64,000 nucleotides of DNA from an uncultured Methanoregulaceae archaeon (GTDB taxonomy: Archaea > Halobacteriota > Methanomicrobia > Methanomicrobiales > Methanospirillaceae), in NCBI GenBank assembly GCA_963737635.1, contig CAVTTL010000001.1:672001-736000 (forward strand). Reading direction: 5' to 3'. The notes beneath the pieces are model-generated. The model was not told the origin of the DNA. It saw only the letters and a list, made by a program, of their open reading frames with translations, and did no database searches. Of this stretch, positions 40,556 through 50,885 are shown piece after piece; positions within the stretch are counted from its first letter, which is position 1; each line of letters begins with the position of its first letter. A program made the translations under genes and the position numbers.

Positions 40556-40744
40556 AAGATTTGGTTGCCGGGAGGATTACAAAAGGCTGTCCGTTCCTAC
40601 ACTATCTGTCTGTACTTCGAGAGGGAAGAGGAAGATTAGTACACCCTGCCTGACGGTAAGAGAAATGACCGGGATGATTGATGTAACCTGGAGGTTATAT
40701 CCGGAAAGTACTCAATACCCGGAAGATAACATAGCTCTAAGCTT

Positions 40745-41482
40745 ATGAGGATTAAACCGGGAATGATATCACCCCAAGGGTCCACTATCTGGAAAATCGG
40801 GCCCGCCTGCCTGATAGTTCTCTGCATCTGCAGTATTTTTGCCGCCGGATGCATGGAAACGGGAACTGCGCCCGCCGCGATCCCGCCGGCAACTCCCACG
40901 CCATCCGCGATTACTACGTCACGATCCCTGCCGGCATCACTATCCCTCGATCCTATTGTCGGGACCTGGAGAAGCCCGGGACCTACATACCTGTTCAGCA
41001 TTGCATTCGATGTTTATGGGAAGACGGCGGAAACCTTTGCAAACCAACCCTCGGTTATATACAACGGGACATGGCAGCTCACAGGTGGCAATATGTACCT
41101 TGTCACTCGTGACACCGGGGACAGAACGGTTTGGATCCTATCTCCTGATTACAGCTCCATTTACAAACAGTCCGTTCCCAGCGTAGCCTATTCGTTGTAC
41201 CAAGGCGCAGACAGTGCTTCAGCGGCGACCCTTTCCGGGATTGGGAACATGGTGGTTCCGTTCACCGCAACCGGGACCGGCCTGTGGGCATTTACCCTTG
41301 ACTATTCCGGCCAGGGTAATTATATTGTCTGGCTCACAGATGACGTGGGAAACCGGGTTGCACTCCTCGCAAACAAAATCGATTCCTGCTCTGTGATAAA
41401 AACCCAGAAACTGGAAGAAGGAAAGTATTACCTGGACGTGACCGCAAATGGCCCCTGGACAATTCGGGCAGAATTATCCTGA
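40745..41482 (+). CDS. Putative lipoprotein
   Basis: FAAGC lipobox; DPIVGTW; C-terminal V-x-ANGPWTI beta-domain. Confidence 0.6.
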   Translation: MRIKPGMISPQGSTIWKIGPACLIVLCICSIFAAGCMETGTAPAAIPPATPTPSAITTSRSLPASLSLDPIVGTWRSPGPTYLFSIAFDVYGKTAETFANQPSVIYNGTWQLTGGNMYLVTRDTGDRTVWILSPDYSSIYKQSVPSVAYSLYQGADSASAATLSGIGNMVVPFTATGTGLWAFTLDYSGQGNYIVWLTDDVGNRVALLANKIDSCSVIKTQKLEEGKYYLDVTANGPWTIRAELS

Positions 41483-41572
41483 CATCAGATTTTTTTGCCA
41501 GATCGATACTATGGCAGGTATACATGAAAATGCCGTAGCGGAAGAAGGGGTAAAAGAACAGGCTGCAAAGAG

Positions 41573-41646
41573 GGCCAGGGCCGAGATTTGAACCCGGGTC
41601 GAGGGATCCACAGTCCCTTAGGATAACCAGACTACCCTACCCTGGC
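41573..41646 (-). tRNA. tRNA-His (GTG)
   Basis: GCCAGGG/CCCTGGC acceptor with C73, AGGGA-CTGTGGA-TCCCT anticodon arm, GGTTCAAATC. Confidence 0.93.
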
Positions 41647-41895
41647 AGATGTTCCAGTTAATTTGGGCGTGAACTCTTTTTAATATATCTCCCCTGTCCG
41701 AAAAAATCCCTTCCAAAACACAGGATCGCCAGGTCTTCCGTTGTCAGGGAACGATTTTAATAGGCTGTGGCGTCCATTAAGTTATCAAGTGGCCCTGACA
41801 GGATAGCGTGAATAATAGCGTGCGGCGTCCAGCGATACCGCACTATGGATGATTTTTAATCTATGATCGGGGCACGCGCAAACGGGGGTGAAGAA

Positions 41896-43674
41896 ATGGC
41901 GGAAGACCCTAAAATCAGGACACCGATCGTGTGTGTCATGGGGCATGTAGATCATGGCAAAACCTCACTCCTTGACCGGATACGCGGCTCATCGGTAGTC
42001 GCTTCAGAAGTAGGTGCGATCACCCAGCACATAGGTGCCACCATTGTCCCCATCGAAGCGATCCGTAAGATGAGCGGGTCAATGGAGAAGATCCCCATCA
42101 ACATCCCGGGCCTGCTCTTTATCGATACCCCGGGGCACCATGCGTTCACTACGCTGCGCGCCCGGGGCGGCGCGCTTGCCGACCTGGCGATCCTTGTTGT
42201 CGATATCAGCCAGGGGTTTCAGCCGCAGACCATCGAAGCGCTCCAAATCCTGCGAAACTGCAAGACGCCGTTTGTTATCGCAGCCACAAAGATTGACCGG
42301 ATCCATGGCTGGCGGGTCAACAAGGATGACTCGTTTTTGTCCACATTTGCAAAACAGAACGAGCGGGTGAAAAGCGATATCGAGACAAAAACGTACGAGA
42401 TCGTGGGAAATCTCTCCGATCTCGGGTTCTCAGCTGATCGGTACGACCGGGTCTCAGACTTCCAGCGCAACCTTGCAATCGTGCCCGTAAGCGCCCACAC
42501 CGGTGAAGGGATCGCCGATCTTCTCATGGTCATGATCGGGCTTGCCCAGCGGTACATGGGTGAAGAACTCAAACTCTCGGCCGAGGGACCGGGTGCGGGC
42601 ACGGTTCTTGAAGTCAAGGAAGAACGCGGCCTCGGGACAACCCTTGATGTGATCCTGTATGACGGCACGCTCTCGGTGGGTGACGAGATCGCCATGGCTT
42701 CGCAGGACGATGTGGTGATCGCGAAGGTCCGGTCTCTGTTGAAACCCCGGCCGCTTACGGAAATCCTTATCGAGGACCGGTTCGAGCGTGTCCGATCAGT
42801 AGTCGCGGCGTCCGGTATCAAGGTCTCGGCCCCGGGCCTTGAAAAAGTAATTGCCGGTTCGCCGCTCTTTGTCATCCGGGGCAACAGCGAAGAGCTCGCG
42901 GCCCGGATCAGAAGGGAGATGCAGGAGATCCACGTTGACCTCGCCGACGAAGGCATTGTGATCAAAGCGGACACTATCGGAGCGCTTGAAGCACTTTGCA
43001 AGGAGCTGGACGCAAAAGGGATCAAGGTCATGCGGGCACAGGTCGGCCCGGTGAGCCGCCATGACCTGATCGACACCGAGACCATTAAAAATCCCGCGTT
43101 CCGTGTCCTTTTGTCGTTCAATACACCCATTCTTCCCGATGCAGCTGATATGATCAAGGATCCGCTTTACACGCAGGTCAAGGTCTTTTCCGGCCAGGTT
43201 ATCTATCAGCTTATAGACCAGTACGTTGCGTGGAGGGACGAGCAGAAACGAATTGCGGAGAAAGCCCAGTTCGAACACGTGATGATGCCGGCAAAGATCC
43301 GTCTCCTGCCGGACTGCGTATTCCGGCAGAGCAATCCGGCAGTTGTGGGGGTGCGGGTGCTGGGCGGAAAGCTCAGGAGCGGTGTCGACCTGGTAAAATC
43401 GGATGGGAAGAGGGTAGGGCACCTCAAGACCATGCAGCTCCGACAGGAGGCAATCCGGGAGGCAGACGCCGGCCTCGAAGTGGCGATTTCGATCGAAGGG
43501 GCGACGATCGGCCGGCAACTTAACGTGGGCGACGATTTGCTCGTCGATCTTCCCGAACGGCACGTGAAAGTGCTCGAACGCGAAATGCTCAAGAACCTCA
43601 ACATCAGCACGCAGGAAGTTCTTGCCGAGTTTGTCGCAATCCGGCGTAAAGCCGAGCCGTTTTGGGGTAAGTGA
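41896..43674 (+). CDS. infB: Translation initiation factor aIF5B/IF-2
   Basis: GHVDHGKT, DTPGH, TKID, SAHTG. Confidence 0.97.
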   Translation: MAEDPKIRTPIVCVMGHVDHGKTSLLDRIRGSSVVASEVGAITQHIGATIVPIEAIRKMSGSMEKIPINIPGLLFIDTPGHHAFTTLRARGGALADLAILVVDISQGFQPQTIEALQILRNCKTPFVIAATKIDRIHGWRVNKDDSFLSTFAKQNERVKSDIETKTYEIVGNLSDLGFSADRYDRVSDFQRNLAIVPVSAHTGEGIADLLMVMIGLAQRYMGEELKLSAEGPGAGTVLEVKEERGLGTTLDVILYDGTLSVGDEIAMASQDDVVIAKVRSLLKPRPLTEILIEDRFERVRSVVAASGIKVSAPGLEKVIAGSPLFVIRGNSEELAARIRREMQEIHVDLADEGIVIKADTIGALEALCKELDAKGIKVMRAQVGPVSRHDLIDTETIKNPAFRVLLSFNTPILPDAADMIKDPLYTQVKVFSGQVIYQLIDQYVAWRDEQKRIAEKAQFEHVMMPAKIRLLPDCVFRQSNPAVVGVRVLGGKLRSGVDLVKSDGKRVGHLKTMQLRQEAIREADAGLEVAISIEGATIGRQLNVGDDLLVDLPERHVKVLEREMLKNLNISTQEVLAEFVAIRRKAEPFWGK

Positions 43675-43861
43675 AGGAGTTATTTCGGGTATTGTTTGAG
43701 CTGCCCGACCTGGTTCCAACGGATGAGAGGGTTTAATAGCGTACCAGTAGAATAAGATGGGTACTTCACGTGCACAGGCGTTTTTGGCGCCGGAGAGCCG
43801 GAGAGTGAACGGGATGACCGACAAGGGCGGACCCCGGGATAACAAAGAGGGAGAATCAAGC

Positions 43862-44302
43862 ATGGTTGAGTTAAAGGTTGTTGTATCAGACCCGAAAACC
43901 GGTCGCGCCTACAATGTCGATGCCAGCACAGGTGCGGCAGGAGCGATCGTGGGTAAGAAGATCGGGGATGAAGTGGACGCCGGCCCCCTCGGGCTTGCAG
44001 GCTATAAGATCCTGATCACCGGGGGCTCGGACCAGACCGGGACGCCCGCGAGAAAAAGCCTTCCTGGTGCAGGAAGAAGAAAACTCCTGCTCGCGGAAGG
44101 CGTCGGATTCCACCCGGGCATGGATGGCGAGCGCAGGAGAAAGATGATCCGCTCCCACCAGATCACTCCCGAGTTCGTGCAGGTCAACGCTCGCGTGATC
44201 GCGTACGGCGAAAAGTCCCTCGAGGAAATATTCCCGAAGACGGAAAAAGCTGAGGGCGAGAAGAAGGCTGACAAGCCAAAAGAGAGAAAGGCGCGGAAAT
44301 AA
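43862..44302 (+). CDS. rps6e: 30S ribosomal protein S6e
   Basis: KVVVSDP, GKKIGD, ITGGSD, GERRRK. Confidence 0.93.
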   Translation: MVELKVVVSDPKTGRAYNVDASTGAAGAIVGKKIGDEVDAGPLGLAGYKILITGGSDQTGTPARKSLPGAGRRKLLLAEGVGFHPGMDGERRRKMIRSHQITPEFVQVNARVIAYGEKSLEEIFPKTEKAEGEKKADKPKERKARK

Positions 44303-44339
44303 TTTCGCAGTAAGATACTTTTTTTTTCGCATTGCTGTT

Positions 44340-44668
44340 TTGGCGCATCCGGGTGACGAAAACCACCAACCGGCAGTACCACAGAGTCAAGGACTGGACC
44401 GTGCTCTTCAGCGGGAATTTGTGGGAGGATGTGTTCGGTAGTATGTGGTCCCGGCGCCCCGCAGTAGATGCATGTTTCCGGGTTCTCGTGCTCATGCAGC
44501 CATTCCCGGATTGTCGATGACCAGACAATTGTCCCATCCTTGAGTCTGACAAAACGGTCCATCTGGAATGCCCGGGCGTTTGGGAGCCCGGCAGACTTTG
44601 AGATTAACTTTGCGTACTGTCAGAAGATCTGGTCGCGGATCGTTTTTACAGCGGCTGGCGGCAGGGTT
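44340..44668 (-). pseudogene. HNH endonuclease remnant
   Basis: PPAAVKTIRDQIF*QYAKLISKSAG...CIYCG...TTEHILP, then homology is lost; in-frame TGA. Confidence 0.55.
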
Positions 44669-44756
44669 ATGTTCCTGTCGTGGCGACGAGCCGATAAAGA
44701 TATCTCAAACTTTAATACCAAAAAAGAAGATTAGAAAATAACAAGCACCCGCATAG

Positions 44757-45113
44757 GTGGAACCTGCCTTGGCACTCTGCACACTCCGGGAAAAAAACAA
44801 CTGCTTCATCGTCACCCTCCCGAAGTCAGTGGATCACGTGGAAGCCATGGCCATAGAAAAAGAGCTCCGGGAATATGTCGCACGCGAACCAAAAGCCCTG
44901 CTCTGCGACATGTCCGGCTCAAAGTACATATCGAGCTCGGGGCTTCGGGTGTTTCTTGCCATCGGGAAAAAAGCAAAAGATTCCCACGTCCATTTCGGTG
45001 CCTTTGCGCTCACGAAGTTTGTCGATCACATCATTTCCATGACCGGGTTTACGCAGGTTATCACCATCTACGATACCGAAGAAGCCGCAGTCCGGGCGGT
45101 ATCGAGACTATAA
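44757..45113 (+). CDS. STAS domain protein (anti-anti-sigma fold)
   Basis: LLCDMS...YISSSGLRVFL, MTGF...IYDTEEAA. Confidence 0.85.
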   Translation: MEPALALCTLREKNNCFIVTLPKSVDHVEAMAIEKELREYVAREPKALLCDMSGSKYISSSGLRVFLAIGKKAKDSHVHFGAFALTKFVDHIISMTGFTQVITIYDTEEAAVRAVSRL

Positions 45114-45445
45114 ATCGGGTTTTTCCGGCATCATCTCCATACTGCCGGTGGTTGTCTATGGCTGCCGGCCCCGTTATCTGACAACTGCGTACGTAAAAGC
45201 TAATGGCCGGTAAAGGTTCCAGTCCTTGCTTTTCCCGTGGAAGTACGCGCTGGTACTCATCGCTTGTCACCGTCCTGACCCGGGAAAATCCTCTCGGCAA
45301 GAGGAACGCTTCGGTACCGTCCGGGAGATTATGAGCATTGTTATTTTGTCCGGGCATTTTCCAGCGCACTTGGCCCATTACGGTAAAAAAACAAAATCAT
45401 CCCAGCAGAACCGCATGCGAAAAAAGAAAAACTCCCGGTCACTGG

Positions 45446-45985
45446 TTACACGGGCGCGGTGACGGTGACTTTTCCGTACGACGCGCTCGTGCTATCGGTG
45501 GCGAGCTGCTTGCCGTTCTCATAGATGCTTACGGTCAGCGCGTGGGTTGCGGTGTTGTCGGTCTTCTGGAATGTGGCCGTAACCGTCCCGGTCGCGTTTT
45601 CAACCTGGTACACCTGGCTTCCCGAGTTAGGCGTTATGGTCGTGATAACGCCGCCGGTGCTGTACGAACCGTTGAAACCGCCAATGTAACTTACACTCAC
45701 GGAGACACCGGTCGCCGGGATGCTCGCCGGTGTTGTCGTTATAAAAACGATGGTGGAAGACGGCGACGGTGAGATCGTTGCGCCGGATCCGGCCCCGACG
45801 GGAGCAGCAGTAGTGGGTGATACTACCTTATCGGAAGAGGAATGGCCTGACGACGATCCACCGTAACTACTAAAGTAAATGAATGCGGCCCCTACGACCA
45901 CTATGATACCGACGATCGTAGCGATCAGAAGCCACGGGGTCTCCGGCTTACGGCGCCGCCTTCCCCCACGCATGCGCATTTGCAT
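45446..45985 (-). CDS. Membrane-anchored hypothetical protein
   Basis: Basic N-terminus, one TM, Ser/Thr-rich linker, beta-rich domain. Confidence 0.65.
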   Translation of the reverse strand: MQMRMRGGRRRRKPETPWLLIATIVGIIVVVGAAFIYFSSYGGSSSGHSSSDKVVSPTTAAPVGAGSGATISPSPSSTIVFITTTPASIPATGVSVSVSYIGGFNGSYSTGGVITTITPNSGSQVYQVENATGTVTATFQKTDNTATHALTVSIYENGKQLATDSTSASYGKVTVTAPV

Positions 45986-46097
45986 AACTACCTTTTGATC
46001 TTTAGGTTATATTGATTTTCCGGGAAAAACGGGCGCCGAATGAGAAAAGACCGGTATAAAACCTTGTGAAAAATAAATGAGAGGCATACGGACGTTA

Positions 46098-46557
46098 TTA
46101 TTTCTTTACCGCTGCTGTCAGGGCCTCACGCAGGTCCTCATAGGGTACCTTGTATTTCTTTGCAAGCAGAACGAGAGCTGCCGGAGGGAGCAGGTTTCCA
46201 CCGAACGTGTCCCGGATGATCGTGTTCATCTCAGCAACAACATCTGTTTCCGGAGCGCCACGGGTCTTCATGATCCTTCCAATCAGTTCCTGCACAGGAT
46301 CATTCGCTTCGAAGATGGCCGACGTCGGCCTGAATCCAATGGGAATGGGAACCGTCGCCGGGTCAAAGAGGATCGTAAAAATACCGTTCTCCTGCCTGAG
46401 GAGTCTCCGCTTCTTCTGCCCGCCGGAGCAGAATGGCCGCCTGGTCCGTGCTCATCCATTTGCGGTCGAGCGCGTAATAGTAGACGAGCTCATTCCTGCG
46501 CAGGGCGGTCTTGCGGGTATGCCTGAACGGTGCAGCCACCGCGATCTGGAGCGTCAA
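46098..46557 (-). CDS. DUF2240-family protein (frameshifted)
   Basis: AVAAPF...YALDRKWMS...PIGFRP...AALVLLAK across ORFs 46363..46557 and 46098..46295. Confidence 0.65.
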
Positions 46558-46997
46558 TTCGGTTTTCCCAGAAGGATATTTTTCATATTGAGAGCATCGA
46601 GTCCTTCACCGGCATCCTGCCGTGCGATGTCGACATCGGTGCAGGTGTTCCGGTCCGTAAGCCGTACGAAAAAAACATCGTTTGCGACCGGCACCCTTCC
46701 GCTCCCGCGAAGGGCGAGCGCGAGCACCGAGACTTTCAGATCGGCCGCTTCGGTTATAATCCCGGCGCGCAGGTCATCGGGCGTGATATCACCGAATTCC
46801 GCTCGGTTGGATGCGATCTCAACTTTTACCTTAACCCGGACAAGTTCTTTTCCGGTGGTCTTGGTGGACTCCTGTCCGTTCAGTTCTGCGACATATTTCA
46901 GGGTTTCAGGAAACGTCATCCCCATCGCAAACGAGAGATCCACCCGCTGCGGGTAACGATAATAGATCCTTCGCATGGTTACACTATGGGATAGCAT
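46554..46997 (-). CDS. Hypothetical protein
   Basis: 147-aa ORF, co-oriented and overlapping the downstream gene by 4 bp. Confidence 0.5.
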   Translation of the reverse strand: MLSHSVTMRRIYYRYPQRVDLSFAMGMTFPETLKYVAELNGQESTKTTGKELVRVKVKVEIASNRAEFGDITPDDLRAGIITEAADLKVSVLALALRGSGRVPVANDVFFVRLTDRNTCTDVDIARQDAGEGLDALNMKNILLGKPN

Positions 46998-47080
46998 AAC
47001 CTAAAAAAACAATTGCTGCACCCACGTATAAGGGAACCCTCCTAGGCGCAACGAAAACGAAAAAGGGGGAATATCCCGGT

Positions 47081-47458
47081 TTATTCGAGTAACACCGCAT
47101 TGATGATGCCGGCTTGGCCGGGGCGGCTCATGATCCGGGCGCGTCCGATCTCAGTCCGGACAATTGCACCCTTGGTGAGCAGGTTCCGCCGGACATAGTT
47201 CGGGTTTGCCCCGTTCTCTTCAACGTTCTCAATCTTCACTTTTTTGGTCTGCCCGTTGGAGAGATTGGTGACGTTTGCGTACTGCGCCCGCATAGCCCGG
47301 ACCTTGGTTTTCCCGCCCATAATCCGGACGATCTTCGACCGCTCTTCCCCAATGTGGGTATCCGCGGGTGCAAGCCCGATCTCAAATCTCCGCTTTCCCT
47401 GTGCCGGTCGGCGCCTGCCGCCGGTTACCTTCCGTATTGATTCTCCCTGCCAGAGCAT
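47081..47458 (-). CDS. rps8e: 30S ribosomal protein S8e
   Basis: RKVTGGR, GGKTKVR, NPNYVRRNLLTKGA, SRPGQ. Confidence 0.95.
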   Translation of the reverse strand: MLWQGESIRKVTGGRRRPAQGKRRFEIGLAPADTHIGEERSKIVRIMGGKTKVRAMRAQYANVTNLSNGQTKKVKIENVEENGANPNYVRRNLLTKGAIVRTEIGRARIMSRPGQAGIINAVLLE

Positions 47459-47578
47459 GGTGTCACTCCTTTACGATCTTCCCCCCGGAATCATACTTTT
47501 TTCCGGAGATGGTGCTCTATATATTCCCTCCGGAGTTATTTATAGTATTTCCCGACTCAAAGTATGCATCTTCTTTTG

Positions 47579-48226
47579 TTATGCCAGAATGGCATCGAGA
47601 AGCAGTGCAACGTTCTCGCCTGTCTTCATGTTGGTCTTGAAGACCGGCATCTTCGGATTGTACCGGTGGATGTCGTTCTCCATCCGGGCGAGGTTTGCGC
47701 CTACGAGCGGGGCAAGGTCAACCTTGTTGATGACGCCGATAGTACAATCCCTGAACATCATCGGGTGCTTGTTGACCACATCATCTCCTTCGGTTGAGCT
47801 CACGATTACGATCCGCTTCTCGGCACCGAGCCTGAAGTCGGTCGGGCATACCATGTTGCCCACGTTTTCGATAAAAAGAATGTCGATCTGGTCAAGCGGA
47901 AGATGTTCAATTGCGTGCTCTACGAGATGGGCATCGAGATGGCATTCCTTGCCGGTATTTGCGTTGTAGGCAGGAATGCCCTGAGCAACAATTCTCTGGA
48001 AATCATCGTCACCGTACACATCCCCGGCAATTGCGCCGGCCCGAATCCCTTTAGCCCTGAGCAGTGGAACGAGACGCTCAATAAGTGCGGTCTTACCTGA
48101 GCCAATCGCGCCGAGCAGATCAAAGGCCCGTACACCGTGCGTCTTCAGATGCCGGGCATTTTCATCGGCGATCGCGTTATTGACGTCGTATACATTCTTT
48201 TCCAGCCTGACGTCGATATGATGCAT
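47579..48226 (-). CDS. hypB: Hydrogenase nickel incorporation GTPase HypB
   Basis: GAIGSGKT, ECHLDA, ENVGNMVCP, NKVDL. Confidence 0.95.
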   Translation of the reverse strand: MHHIDVRLEKNVYDVNNAIADENARHLKTHGVRAFDLLGAIGSGKTALIERLVPLLRAKGIRAGAIAGDVYGDDDFQRIVAQGIPAYNANTGKECHLDAHLVEHAIEHLPLDQIDILFIENVGNMVCPTDFRLGAEKRIVIVSSTEGDDVVNKHPMMFRDCTIGVINKVDLAPLVGANLARMENDIHRYNPKMPVFKTNMKTGENVALLLDAILA

Positions 48227-48281
48227 ACCCTTACGTTTTGAGCGGACAGTGTTTATATCTTGACCCCCATACTTTTAGGTA

Positions 48282-48557
48282 ATGGATAAAGGCGAGCGCA
48301 TCCTGTATCCCTGCTATTTCAACGCATCTCTTACTCGTGAAGAGGGACGCAGGATCCCACGGTCATTGGGCGCAAAAGGACCAAATGCGGGCGATATCGA
48401 GCGGGCATTAAAACGTCTCGGCATTTCCTGCCATACCGAGGAGCACCACCACCCGGCCCACTGGACCCGGCATGAAGGAAGGGTAATCGCTGCATGGACC
48501 GGGAAAAAAGAGGCACTCATCAAAAAAGTTGCCCGAGCCATGGAGGTGAAACGGTGA
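48282..48557 (+). CDS. srp19: Signal recognition particle protein SRP19
   Basis: ILYPCYFNASLTREEGRRIP, HPAHW..EGRV. Confidence 0.9.
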   Translation: MDKGERILYPCYFNASLTREEGRRIPRSLGAKGPNAGDIERALKRLGISCHTEEHHHPAHWTRHEGRVIAAWTGKKEALIKKVARAMEVKR

Positions 48558-49207
48558 ACGGCCTGTACGACCTTCATACCCATACTATTCTTTCTGATGG
48601 TGAAATGCTCCCGTCCGAGCTGATCCGGCGCATGTCTGTGATTGGGTATACCACGGTTGCCATCACAGATCACGTCGATACCTCCAATGCAGAATCGGTC
48701 GTACCAATGATTCTTGACGTGCAGGAATCCGCCGAGCTCTTTGGTGTCAGGCTCCTGTGTGGTGTCGAGATCACGCATGTGCCCCCATCTCAGATCGCCG
48801 CAGTTGCTCGGCAGGCCCGCGAGGCGGGAGCGGAGATCATTGTTGTCCACGGGGAAACCACGGTCGAGCCAGTGGCACCAGGTACCAACCACGCTGCCTG
48901 CATCTGCCCGGATGTGGATGTGCTCGCTCACCCGGGACTGATCACGCGCGAAGACGCCCGGCTCGCCCAGGAAAATGGCATTGCTCTTGAGATTACTTCA
49001 CGGGGTGGGCATAACCGTACCAACGGGCACGTCGTGCGTATCGCCCGCGAGGTCTCCTGCCAGTTGGTAGTGGATTCGGACGCGCATGCACCGCATGATT
49101 TGTTAGACAAGATAGGTAAAGAGAATGTGGCGATGGGTGCAGGGCTTACCGCGGCCGAATCTGCTGCCATAATCTCTTTAAATATTGATCGGTTATTCAG
49201 ATCCTGA
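48554..49207 (+). CDS. PHP-domain phosphoesterase
   Basis: DLHTHT..SDG, AITDH, VHGET, LAHPG, DSDAH. Confidence 0.88.
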   Translation: MNGLYDLHTHTILSDGEMLPSELIRRMSVIGYTTVAITDHVDTSNAESVVPMILDVQESAELFGVRLLCGVEITHVPPSQIAAVARQAREAGAEIIVVHGETTVEPVAPGTNHAACICPDVDVLAHPGLITREDARLAQENGIALEITSRGGHNRTNGHVVRIAREVSCQLVVDSDAHAPHDLLDKIGKENVAMGAGLTAAESAAIISLNIDRLFRS

Positions 49208-49309
49208 AATTTCTATTTATATTTTCACGAAATATTTAAATACTGAAAGGACTTACATATATAGATTACTAAACTTCTTTAGTACTTTGTATACCCACCC
49301 GAGGTTGTT

Positions 49310-49588
49310 GTGAAGGTTGTTGGCCGAGCGATGAGCACCTATGGAAGCAGGATGCTTATCATTCAGTTAGATGCCGCCCAGCTCCCCGGGTTGTACAGCG
49401 AAGTAATGGACCGGCGGACAAAACCGGCGGGTAAGATCATGGACGTCTTTGGGAACGTAAAATCGCCTTACGCCCTTGTCCTTTCCCACGGTCCGTGCAG
49501 TGTCAGGCCGGGCGAGAAAGTCTATGCGAGGGAAGCCCACACCTCCACGACTGCCCGACCACGATCGTCGAGAACAATAACAAGATAA
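49310..49588 (+). CDS. gar1: H/ACA RNP component Gar1
   Basis: GKIMDVFGNVKSPY; directly upstream of tfb. Confidence 0.75.
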   Translation: MKVVGRAMSTYGSRMLIIQLDAAQLPGLYSEVMDRRTKPAGKIMDVFGNVKSPYALVLSHGPCSVRPGEKVYAREAHTSTTARPRSSRTITR

Positions 49589-49603
49589 CTTTGGTGAATC
49601 CGG

Positions 49604-50608
49604 ATGCAGGAAGTCGAAAAACTAAAACTTCTCCAGACTGAGAGAGAAGCGCTCAAATCACGTATAAAAGTCAAAGAGCAGGAAAAGAAAGCAGAAAACC
49701 ATACCGAAACGGTCTGCCCGGAATGCGGCAGCAGGCAGCTCGTCCATGATTATGAGCGTGCAGAGCTGGTTTGCCAGAGCTGCGGTCTTGTGATTGATGA
49801 TGATTTCATCGACCGCGGCCCCGAATGGCGTGCGTTCGACCACGACCAGCGGATGAAACGCTCCCGTGTCGGCGCCCCTATGACCTTTACGATCCACGAT
49901 AAGGGTCTCTCCACGATGATCGACTGGCGCAACCGGGACTCATACGGCAGGGCGATCTCTTCGAAGAACCGTGCCCAGCTCTATCGTCTCCGCAAGTGGC
50001 AGCGCCGGATCCGTGTGAGCAACGCGACTGAGAGAAATCTCGCTTTTGCGCTCTCGGAACTGGATCGTATGGCTTCAGCTCTCGGCCTCCCGCGAAACGT
50101 GCGGGAGACTGCCGCTGTAGTCTACCGTGACGCAGTGGATAAGAACCTGATCCGGGGACGGAGTATTGAAGGTGTTGCAGCTGCAGCGCTCTATGCTGCC
50201 TGCCGCCAGTGCAGCGTCCCCCGTACTCTCGATGAGATCGCAGAAGTGTCCAGGGTATCGAGAAAAGAGATCGGCAGAACCTACAGGTTCATCTCCCGGG
50301 AACTGGGGTTGAAGCTCCTCCCGACGTCACCGATCGATTATGTACCCCGATTCTGCTCCGGGCTCACTCTGAAAGGTGAAGTACAGAGCAGGGCGGTCGA
50401 GATCCTTCGGCAGGCAGGAGAACGAGAACTTACCAGTGGCAGGGGACCGACCGGTGTCGCGGCCGCTGCTATCTATATCTCCTCCATTCTTGGGGGCGAG
50501 CGGCGCACACAACGCGAAGTTGCAGAAGTCGCCGGCGTTACAGAAGTCACGATCCGGAACCGGTATAAGGAGCTCGCAGAAAAGCTCGACATCGAGATCA
50601 TCCTCTGA
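49604..50608 (+). CDS. tfb: Transcription initiation factor TFB
   Basis: CPECG Zn ribbon, GPEWRAF, cyclin repeats, [13 protein letters not shown]. Confidence 0.97.
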   Translation: MQEVEKLKLLQTEREALKSRIKVKEQEKKAENHTETVCPECGSRQLVHDYERAELVCQSCGLVIDDDFIDRGPEWRAFDHDQRMKRSRVGAPMTFTIHDKGLSTMIDWRNRDSYGRAISSKNRAQLYRLRKWQRRIRVSNATERNLAFALSELDRMASALGLPRNVRETAAVVYRDAVDKNLIRGRSIEGVAAAALYAACRQCSVPRTLDEIAEVSRVSRKEIGRTYRFISRELGLKLLPTSPIDYVPRFCSGLTLKGEVQSRAVEILRQAGERELTSGRGPTGVAAAAIYISSILGGERRTQREVAEVAGVTEVTIRNRYKELAEKLDIEIIL

Positions 50609-50688
50609 TTTTCTTTTTTTCCCGCAAGGGTGCCTGTTACCGCAATAACTATATTCCATCCGCAGGAGAACAGTATACCACAATCCTT

Positions 50689-50760
50689 GGGCTCGTAGAT
50701 CAGGGGTAGATCGTTACGTTCGCAACGTAAAGGCCGCGGGTTCAATTCCCGCCGGGTCCA
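50689..50760 (+). tRNA. tRNA-Ala (CGC)
   Basis: GGGCTCG acceptor with G3:U70, TTACG-TTCGCAA-CGTAA arm, GGTTCAATTCC. Confidence 0.93.
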
Positions 50761-50885
50761 TCTGGTTTTACGCAATCTAAAAGAAGATCCTGTTTTTTCC
50801 GGTTTGTCTTAAGATCGGTACTACGAGCCGGACAGGGACGAAAATATCAACACGGTGTCCGGCCAACAATGATCCTAGCAGGATC

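Noticed and set aside
42219-43863. Long antisense ORFs (312 and 355 aa) opposite infB, and similar shadows elsewhere
   Set aside because: Shadow frames of GC-rich coding sequence without motifs
44620-44630. In-frame TGA in the HNH-like frame as selenocysteine or recoding
   Set aside because: The position fits a Trp-to-stop mutation and the gene is also truncated
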